From Candidatus Micrarchaeia archaeon (GTDB lineage: Archaea; Micrarchaeota; Micrarchaeia; CABMEP01): a stretch of 49,532 nucleotides of DNA. Position 1 is the stretch's first letter; each line of letters starts with the position of its first letter. The stretch lies in NCBI GenBank assembly GCA_038886535.1, contig JAVZXS010000005.1:1-49532 (forward strand), in the 5' to 3' direction. Below are positions 1-9,964 of the stretch, one piece after another. The translations under genes were made by a program, and so were the position numbers. A model generated the notes under the pieces. That model saw nothing but the letters and a program-made list of their open reading frames with translations. It searched no databases and was not told where the DNA came from.

Positions 1-1
1 T

Positions 2-2236
2 CCTTCAGGAACAGGATTTTCTGAAACATGTACGGACAATGATGGAAATGGAATCTGTGATGAAGCGTATGAACTCGCAACAAATAACATAGATTTCTTA
101 CCATTGGCAGTATACACCGCTCCTTCTGACACCACACCTCCATCAGTTCAAATCCTTTCACCATCAAATAACACATGGCATAAATCAGAAGTCAATGTAA
201 CATTATTAGCTACAGATGATACATCAACACAGATATCATGTAAAGTATATCTAAACAACAATAATGTAGAAAACCTAACATTATTAAATAATTCTCCATT
301 AACAATATTTAGATCATTACCAAATGGTAAAAATTATGTCTATCTTAACTGCAGTGATCAGGCAGGAAATTCAATTATATCAAACCTAATTACAATATAC
401 TTTGACAATGAAAATCCAACTATTTCATCCTTCACACTCTCTTCAACAGTTGTTTATGTAGGTGACACAATAACATACAACTGTACAGCATCTGACAATT
501 CAGAATCCTATGAAGGATCTGTTAATACGGTTGTAACAGGAATTGATACATCATCGGCAGGAACAAAAACAGCAAGATGTACCGCAACAGATACTGCAGG
601 AAATTCAATATATGAAGAAAGAACATACACTGTTAATCAAATAATTCTTCCGCCATCTGGTGGCGGCGGTGGAGGATGTTCACCAGTATGGCAATGCAGT
701 GAATGGACTGAATGTTCAAAAGAAGGAATAAGAACAAGAACATGTATTGACATAAACAACTGTGGTACAACAACAGGTAAGCCTCCAGAAACAGCAGCAT
801 GCATATATGCATGCATGCCTGATTGGAGATGTTCAGCATGGTCAGAATGTTCACCATCAGGAATACAAATAAGAACATGCATAGATAATAATAATTGCAG
901 TCTACTTCCTCCATCCACATCTAGATTCTGCTTATACATACCTAAAGAATTAACAGCAAATTCAGATCAAACAGATCTTAATACCATTTCAACAATCCAA
1001 TCAAACTTTGTTAACCTATTCCAATCATTAGAAGATAAGGACTATAATAAAGTAGAATCTTTCTTCTCATCTGCAATCGATCAAACAAACTTCCTATTAA
1101 GAACATCACCAACTACAAACAATCTAAATATCTCACAAACAGTTATAAACAACGGATTACAGTTATCAGACTCTTTAATGCAGGAAGGTCAATTCTCTTC
1201 TTCTTCAAATATTCTTTCAAACATCTCTTTCACAATCCCATTCTTATCACAGATTGATGCATCTTATGCAAACAAACTAACCAATTTATTGCTTCAAAAG
1301 TCCAGTTTATTCTTCTCAGCAAACAAGCCTGATGAATTAATTTCCTTCATTAATTCATTAATTCAATCACTAAAACAATCATTCCAATCACAATTCAAAT
1401 TAATTGATGAACTACAAAGAAGCAGATTAGATCCTGATTCATTATTAAGATTAAATGAATTAGGAACATCTGTTCAAAGCATGTCATCTGCTCTCTCTGA
1501 TTTAGACGACGCATCAGAAATAATCCTTCAAGCATCAACAGAAACTAATAATGAAAAGAAATTCCAACTTTCATCTCAATCATTGAACCTTATCCAGCAA
1601 TCAATGCTTAAATTCCCTGAAATAAACAGAATCCTATCTTATTCAGTTGAACAAGATCCTTCTGAAATCACATATCAATCAATCATTTCAAATATTCCAG
1701 AAGATGAAAGGCAAAGATTAGAAGAAATGAAGAATTCAACTGATTCAGAAAAGCTGACAGTTATGAAATCAGTATTCAGCTATTCATTAAAGAATGAAGA
1801 ATATACAGATAAAGAAACAAACATTACAATCATTAAGCTTTCAGTTATCTCTCCATCCCAATTAGACAACTTAACAATATACGAATACATACCTAAAGGA
1901 ATCTCTATATCAGACATTCAATCTCCATACAACTTCACAATACTTAATGAAGATCCAATAATACAATTCAACTTAGGATCAGCTGCATTAGGTGAAACAA
2001 AATCAGTAATCTACACAATCAATAAGAAACTTCCATCCTACTCTTCCCAATCCTATTCAATCGGATTAATACATACAGGAATTCCTTACCTACCAACTCC
2101 AGAAGAAATAGTATTCTCAGATTCAACACACAACATAAGAGTAATAGCAGCAATCCTAATAACATTATTTATCTTATTAGAATTCTATCTTACAAAGAAA
2201 TCAACTCTTCCTAGATTTAAGTTATTCAAATATTAA
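2..2236 (+). CDS. Large cell-surface protein, 5'-truncated by the window edge: NosD/CASH-type tail motif, Ig-like domains, two Cys/Trp-rich TSP1-like repeats, helical region, C-terminal TM anchor
   Basis: The frame is open from base 2 (PSGTGFSETCTDNDGNGICDEAYELATNNIDFLPLA..., the D.DGNGICD...N.D..PL motif that follows archaeal beta-helix domains). DTTPP/DNENP Ig-like starts, a Gly linker, WxCSxWxECS..G...RTC twice, and a hydrophobic C-terminus IAAILITLFILLEFYL followed by basic residues. Confidence 0.8.
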   Translation, partial: PSGTGFSETCTDNDGNGICDEAYELATNNIDFLPLAVYTAPSDTTPPSVQILSPSNNTWHKSEVNVTLLATDDTSTQISCKVYLNNNNVENLTLLNNSPLTIFRSLPNGKNYVYLNCSDQAGNSIISNLITIYFDNENPTISSFTLSSTVVYVGDTITYNCTASDNSESYEGSVNTVVTGIDTSSAGTKTARCTATDTAGNSIYEERTYTVNQIILPPSGGGGGGCSPVWQCSEWTECSKEGIRTRTCIDINNCGTTTGKPPETAACIYACMPDWRCSAWSECSPSGIQIRTCIDNNNCSLLPPSTSRFCLYIPKELTANSDQTDLNTISTIQSNFVNLFQSLEDKDYNKVESFFSSAIDQTNFLLRTSPTTNNLNISQTVINNGLQLSDSLMQEGQFSSSSNILSNISFTIPFLSQIDASYANKLTNLLLQKSSLFFSANKPDELISFINSLIQSLKQSFQSQFKLIDELQRSRLDPDSLLRLNELGTSVQSMSSALSDLDDASEIILQASTETNNEKKFQLSSQSLNLIQQSMLKFPEINRILSYSVEQDPSEITYQSIISNIPEDERQRLEEMKNSTDSEKLTVMKSVFSYSLKNEEYTDKETNITIIKLSVISPSQLDNLTIYEYIPKGISISDIQSPYNFTILNEDPIIQFNLGSAALGETKSVIYTINKKLPSYSSQSYSIGLIHTGIPYLPTPEEIVFSDSTHNIRVIAAILITLFILLEFYLTKKSTLPRFKLFKY
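677..931 (+). repeat. Two tandem Cys-rich TSP1-like coding repeats inside the surface protein
   Basis: CSPVWQCSEWTECSKEGIRTRTCIDINNC versus CMPDWRCSAWSECSPSGIQIRTCIDNNNC; similarity is also visible in DNA (gaatgttca...ggaata...aagaacatg). Confidence 0.75.
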
Positions 2237-2260
2237 TAAAATCAATCAAGAGGTGAAAAA

Positions 2261-2623
2261 ATGAATGAAGCATTGCAGAAAATAGGACCATGGGCCTTTA
2301 TCTTAGGAATGGTGGCTGCAATTATACTTGGATTATTCCCAAAGGCAATAGGAGGATTAAGTGTAAATCTTGCTGTATTAGGAATACTAGGTATAATTGT
2401 AGGAATTGCAAACGTAACTGACAAAGAACTTGACAGATACGTATTAGCAAACATCGGATTCCTGATTGCAGCAGCAATGTTTGAATCTCTTTTAAGAGCA
2501 TTGCAGCTTGGAGACATAAGTGTTGCATTAGTTTCAATAACACAAAATATAGTCTTCTTTGTAGCTCCAGGCCTTGCAGTTGTCTGCTTAAGAGAAATCT
2601 TTGAAGTTGCAAGAGAAGTTTAA
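2261..2623 (+). CDS. Small 4-TM membrane protein, unknown function
   Basis: SD gaggtga at 2249-2255, four hydrophobic segments, followed by a T-tract. Confidence 0.8.
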   Translation: MNEALQKIGPWAFILGMVAAIILGLFPKAIGGLSVNLAVLGILGIIVGIANVTDKELDRYVLANIGFLIAAAMFESLLRALQLGDISVALVSITQNIVFFVAPGLAVVCLREIFEVAREV

Positions 2624-2660
2624 TTTTTTTCTTATTTTTTCTTTATTTTTCTTTTATTTT
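2624..2660 (+). terminator. Archaeal-type oligo-T terminator
   Basis: tttttttcttatttttttctttatttttcttttatttt directly after the stop codon. Confidence 0.55.
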
Positions 2661-2663
2661 ACC

Positions 2664-2677
2664 GAAAACTATATAAA
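2664..2677 (+). promoter_or_regulatory. BRE/TATA promoter of the 2730 ORF
   Basis: gaaaactatataaa, with SD aggaggg before ATG 2730. Confidence 0.5.
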
Positions 2678-2729
2678 CAACTTAAGTGTCTATTTTATGT
2701 TAAACTAGTTTATTATTAGGAGGGCTATT

Positions 2730-3587
2730 ATGGAAGGTTTTAGTAGAATTATTAAACATAATTTTGCAGGTTCTATTGCAAAAATAAATAAAAAAGATGA
2801 TCACAATATAATGAAAAATAAAGAGACCAATGTGGAAAAGAAAGACTATAATTTGTTAGCAAAACTAGAGGAACTCATTGAAAATAAGAATTATGCAGGA
2901 ATTGTATATTTGGTTGAAAAATCATGTGAAGGTAAAAATGCAGTTAAAGATCCAACTTTTTATTATAAGGCACTAAGAACTATAATGAAACAACACCCTC
3001 CAGAAAGATATTATCTTTCTGTTGAATCTATTGCACAAAGTGCAGCAATTGCATGTGTAACCGATGGAAGAATTTATGAAGAAGCAATCGATTACCTTCT
3101 TACGCAAAGAGATTTAGAATTATCTCCATTTCCAGTAATACAACCACAAAATATAGAGAGCGCTTGTAGGCTGTTGGCAAGCATTGCAATCTCAAATGAA
3201 AGAATGGAATGTGGAAAAATAGAGGCAGCCGCTGCTTTTAAACTAGCATTAGAAAGAGTTAAAACTTCAATCATTGCAAATGAAAAAAGAGTGGAAGAAA
3301 AACCAAATAGAATGGTTGAAATACTCGAACAGGCATTTTCAGCTAAATTAGATCCAGAAGTTTGCAGAGATATGTATGAAGAAGTATATATTTATATAAA
3401 ATCTAATGAAAAATTATCTGATGAATACAAAGTAAAAACATTAGCAGAAATAACATCAAAAGCAATAAAGACACCTGGAGTTTCCCATACAAAACTATTT
3501 ATTGATGCAATAGCATATCTAAAAGAAAAGAACGCAGGAAATCTTGCAAGAAGCATAGCAATTCTTTTAGATATAAACAAGAAATAA
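2730..3587 (+). CDS. Hypothetical helical protein (ORFan)
   Basis: 285-aa ORF with its own promoter, SD and downstream T-tract; no motif recognised. Confidence 0.7.
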   Translation: MEGFSRIIKHNFAGSIAKINKKDDHNIMKNKETNVEKKDYNLLAKLEELIENKNYAGIVYLVEKSCEGKNAVKDPTFYYKALRTIMKQHPPERYYLSVESIAQSAAIACVTDGRIYEEAIDYLLTQRDLELSPFPVIQPQNIESACRLLASIAISNERMECGKIEAAAAFKLALERVKTSIIANEKRVEEKPNRMVEILEQAFSAKLDPEVCRDMYEEVYIYIKSNEKLSDEYKVKTLAEITSKAIKTPGVSHTKLFIDAIAYLKEKNAGNLARSIAILLDINKK

Positions 3588-3657
3588 TTATTCATTCTTT
3601 TTTTCTATTTTTAGCACATATTTATTAACTTTTATTTACAATTAATTTTGGTTATTT

Positions 3658-4377
3658 ATGCGTAGTACTCATCTTAAATTAGAGGGAGTTTTAATTGGAG
3701 GGGTTGATGAAGCAGGACGAGGTGCAGTTTTAGGTCCACTAGTGCTTTGTGTAGCAATAACTGAAAAGAATAGGGAGCAGTTTCTGCGTTCAATAGGGGT
3801 TAAGGATTCTAAATTGCTTTCACCTGAAAGAAGAACAGAATTAGCAGAAAAAATTAAAGAAAGCTGTCATCTTCACATACAAAAAGTAACTGCAAAGCAA
3901 ATAAATGAACAAATGAGAAAAGGAATAAGTCTAAATGAGATCGAGGCGATATTAGTTTCAAATGCACTCAAGGAGATAGAACCCGAGATAGCTGAAAGGA
4001 TAGAAAAGATATACGTAGACGCCCCAGATCCAGATGCGATAAGATTTACTCACAGAATAAAGTCATATCTTCCAATTGATTTAGCAGTTGCTTCTAAGTT
4101 GCATTCTTCGCACAAAGCAGATGTAAAATACCCGATATGCAGTGCTGCATCAATAATTGCCAAAGTTACTAGAGAGGAAGAGATTGAGAAGATAAAGAAA
4201 GAAATAGGTTGCGATTTTGGTACAGGATACCCCCATGACGACCTCGCGATAAACTGTATAAAACAGAACATAGACAATCCTGTTTTGCTAAAATATCTAA
4301 GAACAGAATGGTCAACATCAAAAAGACTGATCGCAGAATCAAAATTTAAAACAAAGCAAGTTAAATTAGATATTTAA
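3658..4377 (+). CDS. rnhB: Ribonuclease HII
   Basis: GVDEAGRGAVLGPL, VKDSKLL, KAD..YP..SAASIIAKV.R, GTGYP.D motifs. Confidence 0.96.
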   Translation: MRSTHLKLEGVLIGGVDEAGRGAVLGPLVLCVAITEKNREQFLRSIGVKDSKLLSPERRTELAEKIKESCHLHIQKVTAKQINEQMRKGISLNEIEAILVSNALKEIEPEIAERIEKIYVDAPDPDAIRFTHRIKSYLPIDLAVASKLHSSHKADVKYPICSAASIIAKVTREEEIEKIKKEIGCDFGTGYPHDDLAINCIKQNIDNPVLLKYLRTEWSTSKRLIAESKFKTKQVKLDI

Positions 4378-4388
4378 TTTGTGGTTTT

Positions 4389-5360
4389 ATGTATGCAATT
4401 GAAGTTAAAAATTTAGTAAAGAGATTCGGGAAAATAACAGCAGTTGACAAGATTTCATTAAGGATAAAAGAAGGAGAGATATTTGGACTTTTAGGGCCAA
4501 ATGGAGCAGGTAAGACCACAACAATAAGCATGCTTTCTACACTCATAAGACCAACTTCAGGTATAGCAAAGGTTGCAGGTTTTGATGTTTGCAAAAATCC
4601 CCTTGAAGTAAGGAAAAATATAGGTATAGTCTTTCAAGAGCCAAGCGTTGATGATCTCCTAACAGGAAGAGAAAATCTTGAACTACACGCAATGCTTTAT
4701 GGAATGGATAAAAGTCTGGCTAAAGAAAGAATAGAAGAGATGCTTGATCTTGTTGATTTGACTGAAAGAGCGGATAGTATTGTAAGGACTTATTCTGGAG
4801 GAATGAGAAGAAGGCTTGAGATAGCAAGAGGACTTCTTCATACTCCTAAGATATTGTTTTTAGATGAGCCAACTTTAGGTCTTGATCCTGCAAGCAGAAG
4901 AGCGATTTGGGGCTATATCGAAAAAATAACAAAAGAAAAAAGAATCACCACAATCCTAACAACACATTATCTAGAGGAAGCAGATTCGCTTTGCGATAAA
5001 ATAGCAATAATTGATAAAGGAAAGATAGTTATTGAAGGAACGAGTGATGAGCTAAAGGGGTCGATTGGTGAGGACATAATAAGAATAAAAGGAAGTCCGA
5101 ATCTAAATAATGTTACAAAAATGAAATTCATAAAGAAGATTTCAAAAAATCATGATGGATATGTTGAGTTTGTAGTAGACAATGCGGCAAAGAACCTGCA
5201 GAAATTATTAGCAAAGGTTGGAGATGTTGATTCAGTTGAGGTTAGAAGAGTCTCACTTGATGATGTTTTTCTCCATTATACGGGGCATTACATACATGAG
5301 GAATCAGGCAACGATTCAATAATGAATAGAATAGCTACATACAGAACTTCCACCAGGTAG
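4389..5360 (+). CDS. ABC transporter ATP-binding subunit (DrrA/NodI-like)
   Basis: Walker A GPNGAGKTT, signature YSGGMRRRLE, Walker B LFLDEPT, H-loop TTHY. Confidence 0.93.
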   Translation: MYAIEVKNLVKRFGKITAVDKISLRIKEGEIFGLLGPNGAGKTTTISMLSTLIRPTSGIAKVAGFDVCKNPLEVRKNIGIVFQEPSVDDLLTGRENLELHAMLYGMDKSLAKERIEEMLDLVDLTERADSIVRTYSGGMRRRLEIARGLLHTPKILFLDEPTLGLDPASRRAIWGYIEKITKEKRITTILTTHYLEEADSLCDKIAIIDKGKIVIEGTSDELKGSIGEDIIRIKGSPNLNNVTKMKFIKKISKNHDGYVEFVVDNAAKNLQKLLAKVGDVDSVEVRRVSLDDVFLHYTGHYIHEESGNDSIMNRIATYRTSTR

Positions 5361-5405
5361 AATAAAGCATATAGTAGAATAAACATACAAATATAAAGTG
5401 ATTTT

Positions 5406-6161
5406 ATGGAATGGAAAGGGATTTATGCAATTTGGCTCAGAGAGGTCAAGGTTTACTTTAGAGAAAAGGAAAGAGTGATTGCATCATTCATCTCCCCACT
5501 GTTATGGCTCTTTATTTTTGGAGGGGGCATCAGCGGTTCAATAAGCGCAGGTGGCGATTATCAAAAGTTCATTTTTCCAGGCATACTTACAATGTCAATA
5601 TTGTTTTCATCTATATTCTTTGGAGTTTATATAATATGGGATAGGAAGCTTGACTTTCTCAAAGAAGTTTTGGTCGCTCCAGTCTCAAGATCTACTGTGT
5701 TTTTCGGAAAATTGCTTGGAGGAATGACAGACTCAATGATACAAGGTTTGATTCTTCTTATTTTGGGTTATCTGCTTATAGTCAACTTTCCGATAATCAA
5801 TTTCTTGCCAGTGTTATTTATAATGTTGTTAATTACATGGTCAATGGTATCTTTAGGGCTTATAATTGGATCAAACATGTCAACACAGGAAGGATTTGGA
5901 TTGGTACAGAACTTTGTTATCTGGCCTCTTTTCTTTTTCAGCGGTGCTCTTTTCGATGTAAGCTCTTCAAATCTCCCAGATTTCATAAAGAACCTATCTC
6001 AGATTGATCCATTGACATATGGGGTGGATGCATTAAGAACAGTAATACTAGGCTACGGTGCTTTCCCATTGTATTTAGACATTGGAGTCTTGATTTTGAT
6101 GGGATTAATTTGTTCTTGGATAGGAATAATAAGCTTTGGAAAAATGCAGCAAATAAAATAA
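5406..6161 (+). CDS. ABC-2 type permease (DrrB-like)
   Basis: Six TM segments, DRKLDFLKEVLVAPVSR, PLFFFSGALF, DPLTYGVDALR; follows the ATPase gene. Confidence 0.92.
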   Translation: MEWKGIYAIWLREVKVYFREKERVIASFISPLLWLFIFGGGISGSISAGGDYQKFIFPGILTMSILFSSIFFGVYIIWDRKLDFLKEVLVAPVSRSTVFFGKLLGGMTDSMIQGLILLILGYLLIVNFPIINFLPVLFIMLLITWSMVSLGLIIGSNMSTQEGFGLVQNFVIWPLFFFSGALFDVSSSNLPDFIKNLSQIDPLTYGVDALRTVILGYGAFPLYLDIGVLILMGLICSWIGIISFGKMQQIK

Positions 6162-6212
6162 AAAATTTAGCAAATAATGAAATAAAAATGCACCAAATCA
6201 ATAATGTTTGTT

Positions 6213-8027
6213 TTAATCAAATGCTGATTTTTGCATGTTATAAAATTTCGCATATTTGCCTTTCATTTTCATAAGTTCAGCATGGTTTCCAGATTCGATG
6301 ATTTTACCTCTTTCAATCAAAAATATTTTATCAGCCATTTTTACTGTCGAGAATCTGTGTGATATCAATATAGTTGTTTTTGATTTAGTTAACTCTTTAA
6401 ATTTCTGAAAAAGCAAATATTCGCTTTTTGCGTCCATAGAAGCTGTCGGTTCGTCCAAGCATAGTATTTGTGCATTTCTATAAAACGCTCTTGCTAGAGA
6501 AATCTTCTGCCACTGTCCGACTGATATCTCAGTACCTTCTTTTTTCAATGTTTTTCCTAGATGTGTCTTATATTTTTTAGGCAGATATTTTACAAAATCC
6601 CAAGCTCCAGATTTTTCTGCTGCTTCATGTATCTCTCTGGACCTAATGCCTCTTTCTACATCTCCATACCAGATATTTTCTTCTACAGTTGCTTCATATC
6701 TTTTGAAATCTTGAAATATTACACCCATATTTTTGTATAAGTCATCTTTGCTAAATTCTTTTATATTTATTCCATCTATCAATATCTCACCAGAATTGAC
6801 ATCATACATTCTTAAGAGTAGTTTCACAATCGTTGTTTTTCCAGCACCATTTTCTCCAACAAGCGCGATATTTTCTCCCGCTTTAATAAACAGGTTAAAA
6901 TTCTCTAACACAGGCTTCTTTGAACCCGGATAATAAAAGGTTACATTTTTGAATTCTATTCCGTGCTTTAATTTTTTTGGAAATGGTTTTGGCTTTTTTG
7001 GTTCCTTTATCAGGTTTTTAAGTTCCATAAGTTTCAACATTGGTGTCAAATAAGACGCTTCATAATCTAAAGTGTATATCTGTTCCACTAGTGAGCCCGC
7101 ATATCCAATCATTTGAAAAACCAAAGACCAATAAAATGTAAATTGACCTATTGTTATCTTTCCATTTAAATATTCATTTATTACTATCCAAGCAGCCAAA
7201 GCCGTAAATATAGCCTCTATAACATTTATTAGCATAAAATTTCTAAATTCATTTTTAGCAAGATTTAGTTGCTTAGCATAATTCTTCATAAGCAATTTTC
7301 TGTATTTATTCATAAAGTATTCTTTCAATTTAAACAACTTTATTTCCATTATTGTAGTAATGTCGCGCGTAAGTAGATGATTATAGTAACTGGCTTTTCT
7401 ATTTATTGGAGATGTAGAACTGTATGCTCCCCATTGTAATTTTGAAGTTTCTATTCCTATCAAAAGAATCGGTAAAGTAGATAATAATATTAATACGGCA
7501 GTAATCCAATTAAAATTTAATAGTAATATCAAAATCAATACTGTATTTACAAATTGGATAAGTAAAGATGAAGATTCAAACATAAAATTTGGAATCTGCC
7601 ATAAGCTGTTTTTTGCTTTTTGCAATACTTCATGATATTGGGGGTTTTCAAAGTATGCTGCATCCAAAGAAGATATCTTTTCCATTAATGTGCTTGAGGT
7701 ATATAGTTCTATTTTTTGGCTATAAAGCTTGATCATTATCCTTCTTAGATTTTGCAATAGTTTTTGTACTATTCTTAGGACCATATATACAATTAAAAAG
7801 CCAGTTATTCCTATTGTTATTCCATTCATTATTGAGAAATCTTTTCCAGAAATTATAGTATCAATTATAATTTGAAATACATATGGCAAGATTATTCCAA
7901 TAAAGCCAGAAAATAAAATTAGAAGCAGAAGGATCATTGTCATTTTTTTGTCTGCGTTGAATGCAAAATTAAATGCCAAACATGCTGCCCTTATTTTCTC
8001 CCTTATTGACGGATTTCTAATTCGCAT
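6213..8027 (-). CDS. Fused ABC exporter (TMD + NBD, ABCB-like)
   Basis: N-terminal TM domain; GENGAGKTT, variant signature ISVGQWQK, LCLDEPTA, ISHRFST. Confidence 0.92.
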   Translation of the reverse strand: MRIRNPSIREKIRAACLAFNFAFNADKKMTMILLLLILFSGFIGIILPYVFQIIIDTIISGKDFSIMNGITIGITGFLIVYMVLRIVQKLLQNLRRIMIKLYSQKIELYTSSTLMEKISSLDAAYFENPQYHEVLQKAKNSLWQIPNFMFESSSLLIQFVNTVLILILLLNFNWITAVLILLSTLPILLIGIETSKLQWGAYSSTSPINRKASYYNHLLTRDITTIMEIKLFKLKEYFMNKYRKLLMKNYAKQLNLAKNEFRNFMLINVIEAIFTALAAWIVINEYLNGKITIGQFTFYWSLVFQMIGYAGSLVEQIYTLDYEASYLTPMLKLMELKNLIKEPKKPKPFPKKLKHGIEFKNVTFYYPGSKKPVLENFNLFIKAGENIALVGENGAGKTTIVKLLLRMYDVNSGEILIDGINIKEFSKDDLYKNMGVIFQDFKRYEATVEENIWYGDVERGIRSREIHEAAEKSGAWDFVKYLPKKYKTHLGKTLKKEGTEISVGQWQKISLARAFYRNAQILCLDEPTASMDAKSEYLLFQKFKELTKSKTTILISHRFSTVKMADKIFLIERGKIIESGNHAELMKMKGKYAKFYNMQKSAFD

Positions 8028-8071
8028 AATTAATATTAAATAAAAATAATTAAAATCTTATTATTTTGTTA

Positions 8072-8725
8072 CTATTTTTTTACTAAAAAGGTTATGTTCT
8101 CATCAAACCTTCCGCTGGATTTCTTTATCTTAAATCCATTCGTTTGAATCAATTTTTTCAACTCTCCATAGCTGAAAAGGTAGTAGTATCTATTATATTC
8201 CTTTTCAATTCCTTTTTCTTTTTTCTTCCATGGAACAAGTGTTTCTTTTCCAGAAAACCAGAATCCAATTCTCTTAAATGAATATTTATTCCATACACTA
8301 ATTATCATTTCTCCATTTTCTTTTAGCACTCTTTTCATTTCCTTTATTGCTTTTAGCTGTTCTTCTTTAGGAAGGTGATGAAAAGAAGCGATTGAAATAA
8401 TATAGTCAAAACTTTCATCTGGGAAAGGAAGTTCTGTCATATCTCCAACTTTAAGTCTTCTTTTAACATTGATGTTCTTTCTTGTGAAATTTTCAATCGC
8501 CATTTTTATCATTTCTTTGCTGAAGTCAATCCCGTACCAGTCAAATCCTTTCTCTGCAAAATGAAGAAGATTTCTTCCGCTGCCGCAGCCAATGTCAAGT
8601 AATTTTCCAGGCTTCCATTCTTTAGAGAACTCAATTACATCTCTCCTTACTTGATTTCTCCATCCGCTCCAGCCACTAGCTATAGAGTTCCATACATTTA
8701 TTTGCTCTTTTTTATTATATCTCAT
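8072..8725 (-). CDS. Class I SAM methyltransferase, Trm9/ALKBH8-like (candidate tRNA cm5U34 methyltransferase)
   Basis: LLDIGCGSGRN motif I; ISIASFHHL, ISVW, LVPW and RYYYLFSYGEL resemble the Trm9/ALKBH8 motifs SIAVIHH, VPW and RYYH.F..GEL. Confidence 0.8.
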   Translation of the reverse strand: MRYNKKEQINVWNSIASGWSGWRNQVRRDVIEFSKEWKPGKLLDIGCGSGRNLLHFAEKGFDWYGIDFSKEMIKMAIENFTRKNINVKRRLKVGDMTELPFPDESFDYIISIASFHHLPKEEQLKAIKEMKRVLKENGEMIISVWNKYSFKRIGFWFSGKETLVPWKKKEKGIEKEYNRYYYLFSYGELKKLIQTNGFKIKKSSGRFDENITFLVKK

Positions 8726-8729
8726 TTAA

Positions 8730-9158
8730 TCACTTTATTTTCCATACCATATAGACAGCATCTTCACCATCAGGATAAACGCCCTTAAATATTTCAATCT
8801 CCTTAAATCCTAACTTTTTATAAAAATTAATAGCATCATTTCCAGCCCTGACATGCAAAGAAATCTCTTCTAATTCAAACTTTTTTATAAGGTATTTTAT
8901 TAGACTTTTAGCTACTCCCTTTTTTCTTTTTTCTTTCTTTACAGCAATTGATCTGATATATCCTTTTTTCGGTTCAATCATTTGTAGAATAATATAACCG
9001 ATAATTTTTCCATTCTCTTTAGCAACTAAAAAACTATCTTTACATGTTTCAAAAAATTTCATAAATTCCTCTTTGTCCCAACTATCTTTTTCGAATGATT
9101 CTTTTTCAATTTTAATTATTTCGTCTATATCTTCCCATTTAAAAATTTGTATTTCCAT
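8730..9158 (-). CDS. RimI/Ard1-like GNAT N-acetyltransferase
   Basis: IEKESF..W, SIAV...KRKKGVA, LHVR..N.AINFYKKLGF, YPDGEDA..M. Confidence 0.9.
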   Translation of the reverse strand: MEIQIFKWEDIDEIIKIEKESFEKDSWDKEEFMKFFETCKDSFLVAKENGKIIGYIILQMIEPKKGYIRSIAVKKEKRKKGVAKSLIKYLIKKFELEEISLHVRAGNDAINFYKKLGFKEIEIFKGVYPDGEDAVYMVWKIK

Positions 9159-9208
9159 AATAAAATTAAAAACATAATTTTTAAATAGTTTATTTTATAA
9201 ATTAAAAC

Positions 9209-9919
9209 ATGAATGAATTGGCCCGTTCGAAAAATAGAATAGTAGCTGGAGTAATAGGTGGTTTTGCAGAGTGGCTAAACATTAATCCAACAGTTTTAAG
9301 AATTGTATCATTAGTAACTGCACTTCTTTTTATGATTGTTGGATTTTTTTATTATCATCTATTCGGTGCAGCAGCTGTATTGCTGACTTTAATATTTATG
9401 TATTTTCTTTTAGCAATAATATTACCAGAAAGAAGTAATCTCAAGATGGAAAACAAATTGGAAAATAAAACAGTAACTAACAAGGCTGAAAAGAAAAAAC
9501 GTAATTATGTCGGTATAGTAAGAAGAGGATTTGCATTTATAATAGATCTAATACTATTTAGTTTGTTGGTGCTTATTGCAGGAATATTATTTTTAGGCTC
9601 TAGAGGAGCATATGATATTGTTTTTTTCATTTTATTGGAATTTATACTTTTTATGGTAGTATTTTTTGTTCCTACATTGAAATCAGGCCAGACTCTAGGT
9701 AAATATATATTAAGTATTAAGATAGTTGATAGAAATGGAAAATTGCCTAAGGCTGAAAAACTATTTTTAAGGGAGTTTGTAAAGTCATTAATTTTATTTT
9801 TATCAGACTATTTATTTTTGATACCTCTTATTTTAAGTGCATTTCTTATATGGTATGATAAGAATAATCAAAGTTTGCACGATAAAGCAGCAGATACTTA
9901 TATAATTTCAGCTAAATAA
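9209..9919 (+). CDS. PspC-domain / RDD-family fusion membrane protein
   Basis: N-terminal LARSKNRIVAGVIGGFAEWLNINPTVLR (PspC); C-terminal RRGFAFIID...GQTLGK...LR...QSLHDKAADT (RDD). Confidence 0.85.
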   Translation: MNELARSKNRIVAGVIGGFAEWLNINPTVLRIVSLVTALLFMIVGFFYYHLFGAAAVLLTLIFMYFLLAIILPERSNLKMENKLENKTVTNKAEKKKRNYVGIVRRGFAFIIDLILFSLLVLIAGILFLGSRGAYDIVFFILLEFILFMVVFFVPTLKSGQTLGKYILSIKIVDRNGKLPKAEKLFLREFVKSLILFLSDYLFLIPLILSAFLIWYDKNNQSLHDKAADTYIISAK

Positions 9920-9964
9920 TTATCGTATCTTAATTTTTATATATTTTAATAACTTTAATGTTTT

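Noticed and set aside
6213..8027. Inactive ABC ATPase because the signature reads SVGQ rather than SGGQ
   Set aside because: Walker A, Walker B, the catalytic Glu and the H-loop are intact; one signature substitution is not enough to call it inactive.
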